Below, piece by piece: positions 7,819-18,130 of a DNA stretch of 20,000 nucleotides (position 1 is the first letter of the stretch; each line of letters begins with the position of its first letter). A model generated the notes under the pieces. That model did not search any database. It worked only from the letters and a program-made list of their open reading frames with translations, and was not told where the DNA came from. The stretch is from contig JBNGIO010003079.1 of assembly GCA_049999805.1 (NCBI GenBank), forward strand, positions 53,401 through 73,400, in the 5' to 3' direction. The position numbers were made by a program, and so were the translations under genes. This DNA is from Folioceros fuciformis. Its lineage: Eukaryota.

Positions 7819-10281
7819 TCAGAACGTTCTGCCCCTGCTACTGTTCCTCTGCAACACGCGCACAGGAATGCCACCAAGATTGAAGTCTTCCTGAAGAGCA
7901 GAGACCAGAAACCGCAGGTCCGTGGCCTGAAGCTTCCCAACCCCACTCACAAAGACAACAAATGTTGGCGGCCTCGATTTCACTTGTGTCATATATCGTA
8001 CCTTTGGACCATGCCCTCCACCGACTTTCGGATGTCGGCTGATAACCTGTCAGCGAGGAGACTCAACCGAATCGTAAGGCCTTGGCTCAACCACTCAAGT
8101 GCGGACAGGAAAGCTATACTACTAGTACCTTCTGCAGCCACCTGTTGAGTTGTGCAGTTGACAGCCTGCGACACCACCTCTCGTAGCAACCAAATACATT
8201 GTTCATGATTTCTGTCCGCCCTTGCCCATCTTTGGCCGATGCGAAACAGACTGGTAATTCGTCAATCTGTAAGACAACGCACCACTTGCTCAAAACATGG
8301 CCTATTGGAGGGAAGTCTGCAGAACGATCTGCTCGAGTTTAGAAGGACTGCCTGAGGAAGGAGTAGTTTCAACTCCTTTGGCACTGCATGCAGAACCTTT
8401 TTGCGCAGCTTAGCGTTTTCATGACCCTCAAGCAGATCCATTTTGTTCACCACCACAACAAGACCCCGACCTTCCTTAACCACCCACTGTGCCAGAGCAG
8501 CTTCTGCATGAAGCAGGGTCTTCCTTGCAATTGCAATCTGAGGAATTGCCACCACAGAAGTACACAAGTAAACCAACGTCTAACTACAGGAGCTCGCATG
8601 GCCTAAGATGATAAACCGAACCAGTGATGACAAGAAAGGGATTGCAAAGAAATAGACCTCTTCAGCATCTAGCACGAGGGCTACAATGTGTGCCCTCATA
8701 ATACTTTCCCTTGCATGCATAGCACTCAAAGCGGCAGGTCCTTCCTCAAGGCGAGATCGTTGCATCCATCCAGCTGTATCAACCTGAAGGCAAACGATAA
8801 AGCTTTCCAGATCATGTCCACGTCCAAACGAGGCCATGCACCAAATGAAAATAGATCACTAACAAGGTAAACCGTCTCTCCTCCATACTCAAACTTAACA
8901 CGGACAGCATCCCGCGTGAGACCCGGCTCAGAGCCTGTGAGAACACGCTCCTGCTGGAGCAAAGCATTTAAGAGAGTAGACTTTCCAACGTTTGGCCGTC
9001 CTGCTATGGCCAGCTGCAGTGGGACCTTTTTCACAGTCTCTGTGCTGTCGAGATCGCCATTAACATCGTCAACTGCACAGCATGCAAAGGGAGGTAAACC
9101 AAACACTGTACTCAAACACCTTCAGATAAGACGACAACCAAGGAAACAGTTAAATAGCGGGGAGGCAACGAGAGTCCCATCACCTGCTCCTTCGTCAAAG
9201 GTTTCCTGCATGAAATCTTCGATCCAGGGTTGAAGAGCAGTGAACAGCTCACTCATGCCTTCCCCCGTCTCTGCCGAAACTGCAAGCGGATCACCAAAAC
9301 CAAGGCTGTGCGCTTCCGCTAAAGTTGCCAAAATCCCTCCACTTGCATCGTTGTGAATACCTTCTGCTTTATTCAGCAGAACGAGAACACGGATATGTGG
9401 AGAATGCCTCCGCAACCACTTGCCAATATCAGCATCCCCGGGTTGCAATCCGGCCCTGCCTGACAGTCATGCTACCCGCCGTAAACGTCTAGCAGGTATA
9501 ACAGGTTCTGACAAGTCCAGAGAGATTTAAAAATTATACAAAATCAACGGAAGCAAAGGAGAACAGCCAGGAACCTGCCATCGACGAGAAACAAAGCGAT
9601 TTGGCAGTTGCTCAGAGCTGCAGCTGTCAACCCAGCAGTTCTGGCCAAGAGGTTATTAGGTTCTGCCTCTGTCTCAAGGCCAGCTGTGTCAGCCACAATA
9701 AATCGCATGTCCCCCAGCCTCGCCATGCCCTCTCTCACATCGCGAGTGACATGAGCATCTGGTGTGTCGTACACCAAAGCCTCTCTTTTTCTTGTCAACC
9801 TGTAGGTCAAATCGTCAAGCCATTACATGAAGACACACACAAGCCAGGGAATTTTCGCTCGAAACAAGCTATCGCACCTGTTGAACAAAGCTGATTTGCC
9901 AACGTTCGGTCTCCCCACAATCATAACCTTCGGCAGCACCCTGACACGGGTTCTTCCACTTCCCTCTGCATCTAATCGAAAGGCCTGCCCCTCTCCAGCC
10001 ACCCATGACTTGTTGGCAGCATCGTCTACATGTCGAACTGGGGGGCCGGCCTCTGCAGCGAATGACAGTGCTTCTCGCTCGCATCTAAGCGCAGCTGTGC
10101 ACAATGAGGCACCATGTTTCCCCTCTGACCAAATCCAGCATTGCTTCACAACGTCTAAACCAACATTCCTAACACCAATCTTGCCTAACAAATGAAACCG
10201 ATCCAGCGGCTCATGCAGGCCAGGCTTGGAATGTCCAAGAGCAGCCAAGCTGGCATCCAACAGACTCCGCCATCGCCTCAT
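7819..10281 (-). CDS. der: Der/EngA double-era GTPase (organellar ribosome biogenesis; At5g39960-like clade), 8 exons, ~595 aa
   Basis: Exons on the minus strand: 10281-9878, 9799-9575, 9455-9184, 9072-8864, 8783-8658, 8537-8352 (or 8349), 8266-8129, 8046-7819, with consistent phases. Two G domains: [20 protein letters not shown] and [22 protein letters not shown]-like C-terminus [37 protein letters not shown]. The Arg-rich N-terminus MRRWRSLL suggests organelle (possibly mitochondrial) targeting. Confidence 0.92.
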
Positions 10282-11595
10282 CAGGGTTTCCCTCAGGTCT
10301 ACAAATTCTCCGCTCAAGCAGCCGACTAATCTGTTGATGATATCCCCATATAGCACCGATAACTGCTTGTCTTCGGCTATCCTAATGCCCTAGCCAGGCG
10401 CCAGCATTTAGTGGGATCCCAGTCGCACATGCACGTGCCAACAGCTCCTGCCTATCCCCTCAGGGAGCTTCAAGTGATTTCGGAGAATTGTTTCGTACTC
10501 TTTCGATTCCGTTCCTTGTCAACAGAGCCGTACAAGCAACTGTGGAGCTTCTGCTAAGGATCCAGCACCGGGCCAGGACCGTGCTCCGCAGGCCCTCCTC
10601 ATTTCTTCATTCGATAAATGCTAAGACAGTACACAGATTGAGGCTTCGACAAATTCTTTGTATTCTTGTGTGGTAGAGGACTACTAAAATGAAGGCAATT
10701 CTGAGCACAACAGTAGCTTTCTAGCATAGCACACAAGGCGTTGTCTGTGATAAACCCGAACCCCGAGCAACCTCAAGCTTGGTGGTCCTCTGGTTGGCCA
10801 AAGTACTCTACCGCGAGGAATGTACCGCGCCCTCCCTCCTGGCCACGCATTTTGAATAGGTCAAGTACAATTCGAACGTTGCTATAAGATACTAGCGGCA
10901 CACTTCTCTTGCGGGACCAGCTTCCCTCCCACGTCAAAGATTTCGTTGTTGTCTGAAGCTCCTCCAGAGTACCATGGCCGGGGTGGTCAACAAATCATCA
11001 GCAGGAATCGTAGGGTTTGTCGAAGCTATTCGCGAAGGTACTTAGGGCTTGTCTTATTGCCTTAACGAGGCTGCTACTTTCTCCACCCATAGATTATGAT
11101 CGCCTACTTCTTGAGGCTTCGGGGACAGGCCAAGCCTTGCGCGCAACGCCCTCTCTCCTTTCCATCCTCCCAGTAATTCATGCATGCCTCAGTATGGGGA
11201 AGGAGAGGAGAGAGGGTAGAAAGGAGCAGCTTGTAGCCCTTGCCACAGCCACCACGTCTCTTGCTGGATCCGGTGGGCAATAATTCGGACGTAGTCAACT
11301 CTCTTATCCTCTTGCATGGCGTGCTTCAAGAGCAGGACGCTGTATGGAACTTGGGATGGCCCTTGTGTTTTACCCGATGCTTAGCTGGGACATTCCCTGC
11401 ACCCTCTTGTCTGAAACATCATGTACTTCGTGGCCGTCACTCTGCAGCCTTGCTGCGACACTAGAAAGAAATGGACCTGAATCCTGATGACACCATAGCC
11501 GTTTCCTGCATCCGGCAACTTGGATGGGAGTTCTTCAGTTCTCCGAGAAGTTTAGTGTGTAAACCGTGCAGAACCGCTCTCTGCCGGAGCCTTCA

Positions 11596-12108
11596 ATGGC
11601 GGGATTAAGCTGCGTCAATCTACTTTTGCCTTTGCCGCTGCCAACGCCTTGTAACACGCGCCGGTGGCAATGCCGGCGCGGCGTACGAGCCTCCAACAAT
11701 AAGGATAGGTCGAATTACATAGAGATAGGCAGTGCGAGGAAAGACCTTGGGGACGCGGTGGAGATTCGGCTGAAGAGGCCCGTTGAGCCGCAAACAAGAA
11801 CCTCGGCCAGGGGCAAAGCTCCCCCGCCTACCGTAGTGGTCCTGCCAAAGGTGGATTCGCCTCCGGAGCAGCAGACGGTGATAGTGGAGGCCACCAGGAG
11901 GGGCCGTGGAGGGAAGACAGTGACCATAGTGAAGGGTTTGCAGCTGCGGCTGGAGTCCATGGAAGCTCTGTGTAAGCAGCTCAAGACCAAGCTAGGTACC
12001 GGCGGCTCTGTCAAGGACGGGCAAGTGGAGATCCAAGGCGACCACACGCAGAAGCTGGTGGACGAGCTCGGGCAGCTGGGATACAAGGCCAAGAAGTCTG
12101 GAAGGTGA
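11596..12108 (+). CDS. Bacterial (cyanobacterial)-type SUI1/YciH translation initiation factor-like protein with putative plastid transit peptide, intronless, 170 aa
   Basis: ATG at 11596 (tcaATGg). C-terminal SUI1 domain PPEQQTVIVEATRRGRGGKTVTIVKGL...LCKQLKTKLGTGGSVKDGQVEIQGDH...LGYKAKKSG. The first ~36 aa contain no acidic residues and end in RRGVRAS. Confidence 0.88.
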   Translation: MAGLSCVNLLLPLPLPTPCNTRRWQCRRGVRASNNKDRSNYIEIGSARKDLGDAVEIRLKRPVEPQTRTSARGKAPPPTVVVLPKVDSPPEQQTVIVEATRRGRGGKTVTIVKGLQLRLESMEALCKQLKTKLGTGGSVKDGQVEIQGDHTQKLVDELGQLGYKAKKSGR

Positions 12109-12801
12109 AGATAGTTTGCTTCATCTCCCCCCTCTGTGTATCGATCAAGGCTCTGTTGGGAACAGCACTAGTGTAGCACACTATTGTACCTGGATTCCCC
12201 ACGAAGCTTGGTAGAAGTACATCGTCCACTGAGAGACAGAGATCGTACATAGTCATCTTACAAAAGGAAGACATCGTCATCCTATACCAGAAACGGATTT
12301 TGCAAAAACATGCGGATACAGTCCAGAAACATGGATTCCGTTTGTGAAGGGGCGTTTTTGTCTGAAATTGCTGCGGAGAGGATGTGCTGGAAGGCCGGCG
12401 ATAAAGAAAACTGTAGACGGTTTACGGATTGTCGAAGAACAGGATCAGTTGCCACCTACTTGTCTTTTAGGGGAAAGACTTCGCTACGCTGTCGTCAGAC
12501 ATTGATTTTAGACTGTCTTGTTGTGCAACATTTGAAGTCCGGCTGTAAAGGTCCTGCTTGAAAATGGAGTTCCCTTTCATCAGCTGGTACCAAAAGAGTT
12601 TCCAGCACTGCATGATGCAGGCGTGATGGAGGGTACAAGAATGCAAGGAACATTGTTGATAATTTAGAGCTGATTTTCTCTCTCATAACTAGCGAGACTT
12701 ATCACGCTTCTAAGGAGACCTTGACGCTTGAATAGAGGAATTCAGGAATCGAGAAACCCAAAACCCTGCACTGGCCCGCTGGGGCTTGCTCGAATTTGGC
12801 C

Positions 12802-15800
12802 ATGGAGGCCGCAGTGGTAATGCCACTGGCGGGCTGCTGCCGCCCGGCACAGGCTCCTGACGACCTGGCTCCGCTCAGCTCCTCCAGGTCGCTCCTTCAG
12901 GATAGCCCTCTGCTTCGCAGACTCAGACTGTGCAACTTGGCGCCTGTCTGGAAATTCAGAGGACGAAGTCCAGGGAGGATTGTGACGGCTGCGAGGAAGC
13001 AGCTCTTCATTGATTGGTTGCAGGAAGATAATCAGCCTAACAAGGGCAATGAACCTGAAAAGAATGAGGTGGTGGAGATTCTTGAGGTGAGACAACCACG
13101 GTGTAGGCGTATGCATTGTGTGTGACTCGATTGCGGTTTTGGAATGCAATTTTGGAAAAGAAAAAAAATGCGTTTGTGACTCTGCTTGCCGTAATGGTGA
13201 TCCAACTGTTGGTGAACAGAGTGTGAGGCAAGCAGAAATACAGCGGGTGGGGGAGCTTGATGAAGCGAAACGAGTTCTGGACCTGCAACTGCACAGGGAG
13301 GCAGTGATGCTCTCTAGCTGGGAGACGTTTTTGCAAAAATTTCAGGGGAAGCTCAGAGGAACGGAACACGATCCTATCCCTTCCCATGATATTCCCTTCA
13401 GTGATTTCTTGAACCTTTTGGAAGACAGCAGGATTCAGTATCTGAATTACAAGGACCTTGGTCGTGAGACTTCAGGCAAGTCATTGATGCTTATGTTCAA
13501 TTCTTCAGGGTGAGCCCTTGTAGGTGCAGCTGTTGTCGCTGAAACTTTGCAATTGCAGTGGTGCTGCCGTACGTGGAAGAAAATGAGGAAGGGACATCTG
13601 CTGAAACCCAGAAGGAGAAGGATTTGACTGAGCCGCCTGTTGTGTACAAGCGCCATACAGTGGAACACATGCCAATTGATGCCTGGAATGATGTGTGGAG
13701 GAAGCTTCATGAACAGCTTGTTCATGTGGAGGTGGAACATCCAAACGTCTTTACGCAGCAAGTCTATCCAACCATTGAGACTGCACTAGTGTGGGCGCTG
13801 CGGCTCTTTGTAGCTGTGAAAGTGTACAATTGGATCGATAGCAAGCTTTATCCTATCTATAAGCTGAAGCCTCTAGACAGAAGGCCTGTCAAGCGGCGAC
13901 CAAAGCTTGGTTCAGGCGATTCAGATCTAGGCGCTCTAGGGCAAAGTCGGTATGTGATCTCTGTCTTTAGGGGTGATGGTAACCAGTGGATGACTGGAGG
14001 TAGGATAGCTTCGGGACCTGCTGACTTGAAATTGGGTGCCTTTCTACAGTGCAAGGTTCATATCAGCAGAGGAGAGCACTGGTGTGACTTTTGACGACTT
14101 TGCAGGGCAAGAATATGTTAAGCGAGAACTCCAAGAAGTTGTTAACATTCTGAAGGATGACAAAGAGTTTGAAGACCTTGGCATCTATTGTCCGAAAGGA
14201 GTGTTGTTGTATGGTCCGCCAGGGACTGGCAAAACCCTGCTTGCAAAAGCTATTGCTGGTGAAGCTGGGGTTCCATTCTTTTCTGCAAGTGGCTCAGAGT
14301 TTGTGGAGGTTATCTGTTTGATGGCTTTTCCACTTTGCTTGGTTGATTAGTCATTACAGTCAGTCTGCTGACATACCATCTCTGTTTGCCTTGTGGCAGA
14401 TGTTTGTTGGTGTGGCTGCAGCTCGTGTACGCGACCTCTTCAGTCGTGCTCGGCAGTTTGCGCCATCTATTGTTTTCATCGATGAGATAGATGCGATTGG
14501 TGCAAAACGTGGAGGGCCTGATCTTGGAGGGGTAACGGCTGATAGTCGTTAGATTGGCGTTTTGATTGCAGGGTGGTGTGGAAAGAGCATAGTTTTGGTT
14601 GCAGGGTGGTGTGGAAAGAACATAGTTTTGGTTGCAGGGTGGTGTGGAAAGACCATAGTTTTGGTTGCAGGGTGGTGTGGAAAGAACATAGTTTTGGTTG
14701 TAGGGTGGTATGGAAAGAACATAGTTTTGGTTGCAGGTTCCTGGAATTGAAGAAAGGAGTTGTTTTGACTTGCCCTTTTGCAGGGTGGTGTGGAAAGAGA
14801 ACAAGGTCTGGTGCAAATATTGACGGAGCTTGATGGTTTTCAAAGTCAGAGTACGAAGGTATATCATTTCTTCTAGTGCCCATTTAAGGAGAGTTGAGTG
14901 CTTGCAGCTTATGTGCAGCAGTATTATTTGTGCTCAATCCTCATGGTCTTGCTTTCAGGTTCTGGTTGTTGGGGCAACCAATAGGCTTGACATGCTGGAT
15001 CCTGCGCTATTGAGGAAAGGACGCTTTGACAAAACCATTGGAGTTGGTCTACCGACTGAAGAAGGGAGATTAGCCATCCTTAAGGTCCTTATCATTAACT
15101 TGTGAGGGGTGCATCTACGGTGTCTATCTCTTGGAGGACTGCTGGAATGATGTTTACTTGAACAGGTTCATGCAAGGAACAAGATGTTCCGATCAGATGC
15201 AGAGAGAGAGGAGTTGCTTCAAGAAATTTCGAAGCTTACCTACGATTTTAGTGGAGCAGAACTTCAAAATGTCCTGTGAGAACGGCACTTTTACGCTCCT
15301 GGAGTTGAGTAATACATGCGCATAGTGTGTTAACTGCTTTCTGTCTGGAAGCCTGGCAGAAATGAGGCCGCTATCTTAGCTGCTCGAAAGGATAAGGACC
15401 TTGTTGAAAGGGCGGAGCTTTTGGAGGCTTTGAAGAGAGTAAGCCGTTGTGTTGCTGTTGCATATTCTCAACTCGGGTGGAAAATGTTGTCTTGTCTGCA
15501 TCCAGAACAGCAGCCCTGTCATGTCGTGTCTTTTCTCTGTTCTTTCCCTTGGTGTTTCGAACAGTTCTTTCCATTCTGGCTGAAAGATACGTCCACCGTT
15601 GCAGCAAGAAGGCTCCTTTTCGACTGGAGAGGAAGATGTTGTCGATATAACAGGAGAAGCGAGGCTCAGAATTGCCTACAGAGAAGCAGCTATAGCTGTG
15701 CTAGAGTGCTGTGTTCCCAACCGCCACAGGCCATTCACAAAAGTGGGTACATCTAATCACCTGATTCTCGAGATTTCAGTCGTCTTCAGCGACACTGAAT

Positions 15801-17110
15801 TTTGATACCCGTCACATTGTTCTGTGTGTTTCTCTCTTGTCAGACACACATCAGAGACATCGACACCTTTCCAAACATCGAGTACACTGAGCCCAGATAT
15901 CGAGTGTTCGCCAAGAAATCGGACATAGTGGATTCCATAGTTCGATCATGTGCTCGTAAGTTCACAAAGCCTGAACTCAAAGCTCACGGATGCAATATTG
16001 AGTTGCATGTCGTTCCGAGTTTTTAGTTTGGGCTAAATTAATCGTACAGGGGATGGCTAATAAGCGGCATGACTCTCAGCCAGAATTGTTGAGGAGCAGA
16101 TCTTCGGGGCTCAGAATGTCTCTTGGAAGTCGGGAACTGCTCTGGGAGAAGCTGGTGTGCTTGCAGATTACTTGATTCTCAAGTCAGGCATGACGGCCTT
16201 GGGACCCATCCACCACCGTACTCAACAGGATGTTATGATCCATGTAGGTCTGCCCAGTGGCATATTTCAAGTCATCCAAACAACGTTCTCTTACGATTGG
16301 TCGATGATCTTGCATCTCGCTGACGATGTGGTTTCCGTGTTTCCCGTTCAGATGGGGCCGAAGGTGGTTGCTCTCAGAGACGAGTATATGAGATTTGCTG
16401 TTGAGACGTGCTCATCTATGCTGAGGGAGTACCGTTCTGCATTGGAAACGGTTGCAGGTATGGCATGTGGTTCATGTCGCATTTGCTTCTCTCGGGGGAC
16501 ATGGGAATAATGGTGGCATCTCCGATTTCACACAACATGAACTTGTTCCTTGCATCGCTCAGCACGGCTTTTGGAAAAGGAGGAGATTTCAGCTACAGAA
16601 GTTCAAGACATTTTTCAGAAGGCACCCCGCATACCTCAGGTGTGGACTTCTATCGGTTGAAACAGGCACTTGAACTATTCCATAACAGGGCTCGTTCCCG
16701 AATTTGAACTCAATCCAATTACCGCAATGTGCAAGGTGCAGCCTCCTGTACGACCGGTTGACGAACATGGAGCCCTTGTCTATGTTGGGCGATGGGGAAT
16801 ATATGGAGTCACCCTTCCTGGCAGAATCACCTTCAACCCTGGGAATTGCGGGTTCGCTACCTTTGGCGCTCCTCGACCACAGCAGGTCAATCACTTGGAA
16901 TCCCTCTTACGAACATCTTCTTTGGTCTCAATCTTGTCTGCATTGCTTCTAACACCGTTGCCCCTGTATCTGTGACAGGTGCAATTCATCAAGGACGAAA
17001 CTTGGAAAATGATGGATGAACTTGCTGCGCGAAATGTCGCTGATCTGGCGAAGAAATATGAAGATGTGGATGAAGTAGGAGACGTTTTCTTCTCGCGTCA
17101 ATTCTTATGA
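12802..17110 (+). CDS. FTSHI4: Inactive plastid FtsH-like AAA ATPase FtsHi4, 16 exons, ~861 aa
   Basis: Exons 12802-13086, 13220-13475, 13559-13949, 14050-14308, 14400-14531, 14784-14858, 14959-15084, 15166-15275, 15360-15438, 15605-15742, 15844-15955, 16080-16243, 16352-16457, 16563-16639, 16742-16885, 16979-17110; total 2586 nt, in frame. Walker A GPPGTGKT, Walker [30 protein letters not shown]. The zinc HExxH motif is replaced by AYREAA. FtsHi4-specific segments include [18 protein letters not shown] and [29 protein letters not shown]. Confidence 0.93.
13476..13558 (+). other. GC-AG intron (FtsHi4 intron 2)
   Basis: CAG|GCAAGT donor and aattgcag| acceptor restore ETS-VVLPY, matching the family alignment. 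The nearby GT at 13510 would cause a frameshift, and read-through hits TGA at 13511. Confidence 0.85.
14559..14736 (+). repeat. 33-bp tandem array (~5.4 copies) within FtsHi4 intron 5, derived from the acceptor and start of exon 6
   Basis: Unit ggtggtgtggaaagaacatagttttggttgcag, with AG ends at 14571, 14604, 14637, 14670, 14703 and 14736. The true acceptor ttttgcag|GGTGGTGTGGAAAGA ends at 14783. Confidence 0.97.
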
Positions 17111-17394
17111 CCGTGGCCCAAGAATTGTATCTTCGTCCATGCTGAAGGCCGGCTTACACTGTGCTCACCAGCCAGCCGTCGAAAATGAGATGTAATATAG
17201 GACAAAGAGTTTCGTATATTTTGCCTTCAGAACTTTGCCCTGCGCAGGAATTGGCTATTGTTTAACTAGCGGAAAGTGCTTGAAGTTTGAATCCAGAGCA
17301 AACCGCGTTGTAGACACCTCCGCTCCGCGGAAACCGAGGCTTTACGATCGCAAAACCATCCTCTGGGTCTAGCGTTCTGCGTCCAGCGAGAAGC

Positions 17395-18130
17395 ATGGCA
17401 AGCGCTGTGGTAAGACACGCTTTGGTAAAGGCTCTGGCGGGGCGCTGGGAATCTTCTTTCCTTCCCTTTCTTCCGCTTTCCTCTCCCTGCACTTGTGCTT
17501 GTGATTTCTGCACGGTGTTGCTTTGCCTGACGATTTCCAATTGGGGACGTTGCAGGATGGGAGGCAGGGAGCAGCTCATGACACTGCGGATCCAGCTCAG
17601 AGCACTGCCGATCTCACGGCCTTTGTAAGTCATTTCAGATCTTAGCTTGAAATTTGGGGTTTTAGGAGGATGCGGGTTGGGTGCAGCAGGTTGACACTGT
17701 CGCGGTCTTGGCACTTGTGCAGGTGCAAAACCTTTTGCAACAAATGGTGCGCCTCGTTCTCTTGAAACACCTGTGTTTGTCGGTGCATTGACTCTTTCCA
17801 AGGATTGTTGCAAGTAGGGGATTGCCGAGCTCATCTGGATTTGATGTTTTGCAGCAATTGAGGTTTCAAACTATGTCGGACAACATAATATCGAAAAATA
17901 TCCTTGTGAGCTGTTGTATTTGTGAGGGTAAATTACTTTGCTGGCAAATGGATATGAACAAGGTTTCTTTTGTACCTTGTTTTCTTAACGATTTTGCACT
18001 TGATGAGATGGGGACCCGCATTGATGACTTGGAGAAAAGCGTGGGTGATCTCTTGAAGGAGGCAACCCAGGATGCGGGCCAGAATCCAGCTTCTCAGCAG
18101 CAAGCACAAAGCGGCATTTCAGCTCAATGA
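17395..18130 (+). CDS. HSBP: Heat shock factor-binding protein (HSBP1 family), 5 exons, ~93 aa
   Basis: Exons 17395-17409, 17556-17624, 17723-17746, 17855-17897, 18000-18130 give MASAVDGRQGAAHDTADPAQSTADLTAFVQNLLQQMQLRFQTMSDNIISKIDEMGTRIDDLEKSVGDLLKEA..., the HSBP1 coiled-coil signature. The first exon is less certain. Confidence 0.92.
17898..17999 (+). other. U12-type (minor spliceosome) AT-AC intron in HSBP
   Basis: 5' splice site ATATCCTTG, branch site TTCTTAAC at 17982-17989, 3' end ttttgcAC. Splicing yields SK-I-DEMG, matching the family. Confidence 0.93.

Noticed and set aside
11566-11595. GTG start for the SUI1 ORF (likewise TTG 12796 for FtsHi4 and the non-ATG start at 10356 for Der)
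   Set aside because: These are eukaryotic nuclear genes, and in-frame ATGs exist at 11596, 12802 and 10281.
11596-12108. Bacterial contamination as the source of the YciH-like gene
   Set aside because: It is contiguous with spliced plant genes on both sides and has a eukaryote-style transit-peptide-like extension and Kozak context. Read-level confirmation is still advisable.
14559-14736. CRISPR-like appearance of the 33-bp repeat
   Set aside because: The units are head-to-tail with no unique spacers, there are no cas genes, and the array sits in a eukaryotic intron.
14310-14883. Repetitive ORFs ([44 protein letters not shown])
   Set aside because: By-products of a repeat whose period is a multiple of 3 inside FtsHi4 intron 5.
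15660-15700. FtsH as an active protease, or as a pseudogene because HExxH is missing
   Set aside because: YREAA in place of HExxH is the normal state of the FtsHi4 subfamily, and the spliced frame is intact.
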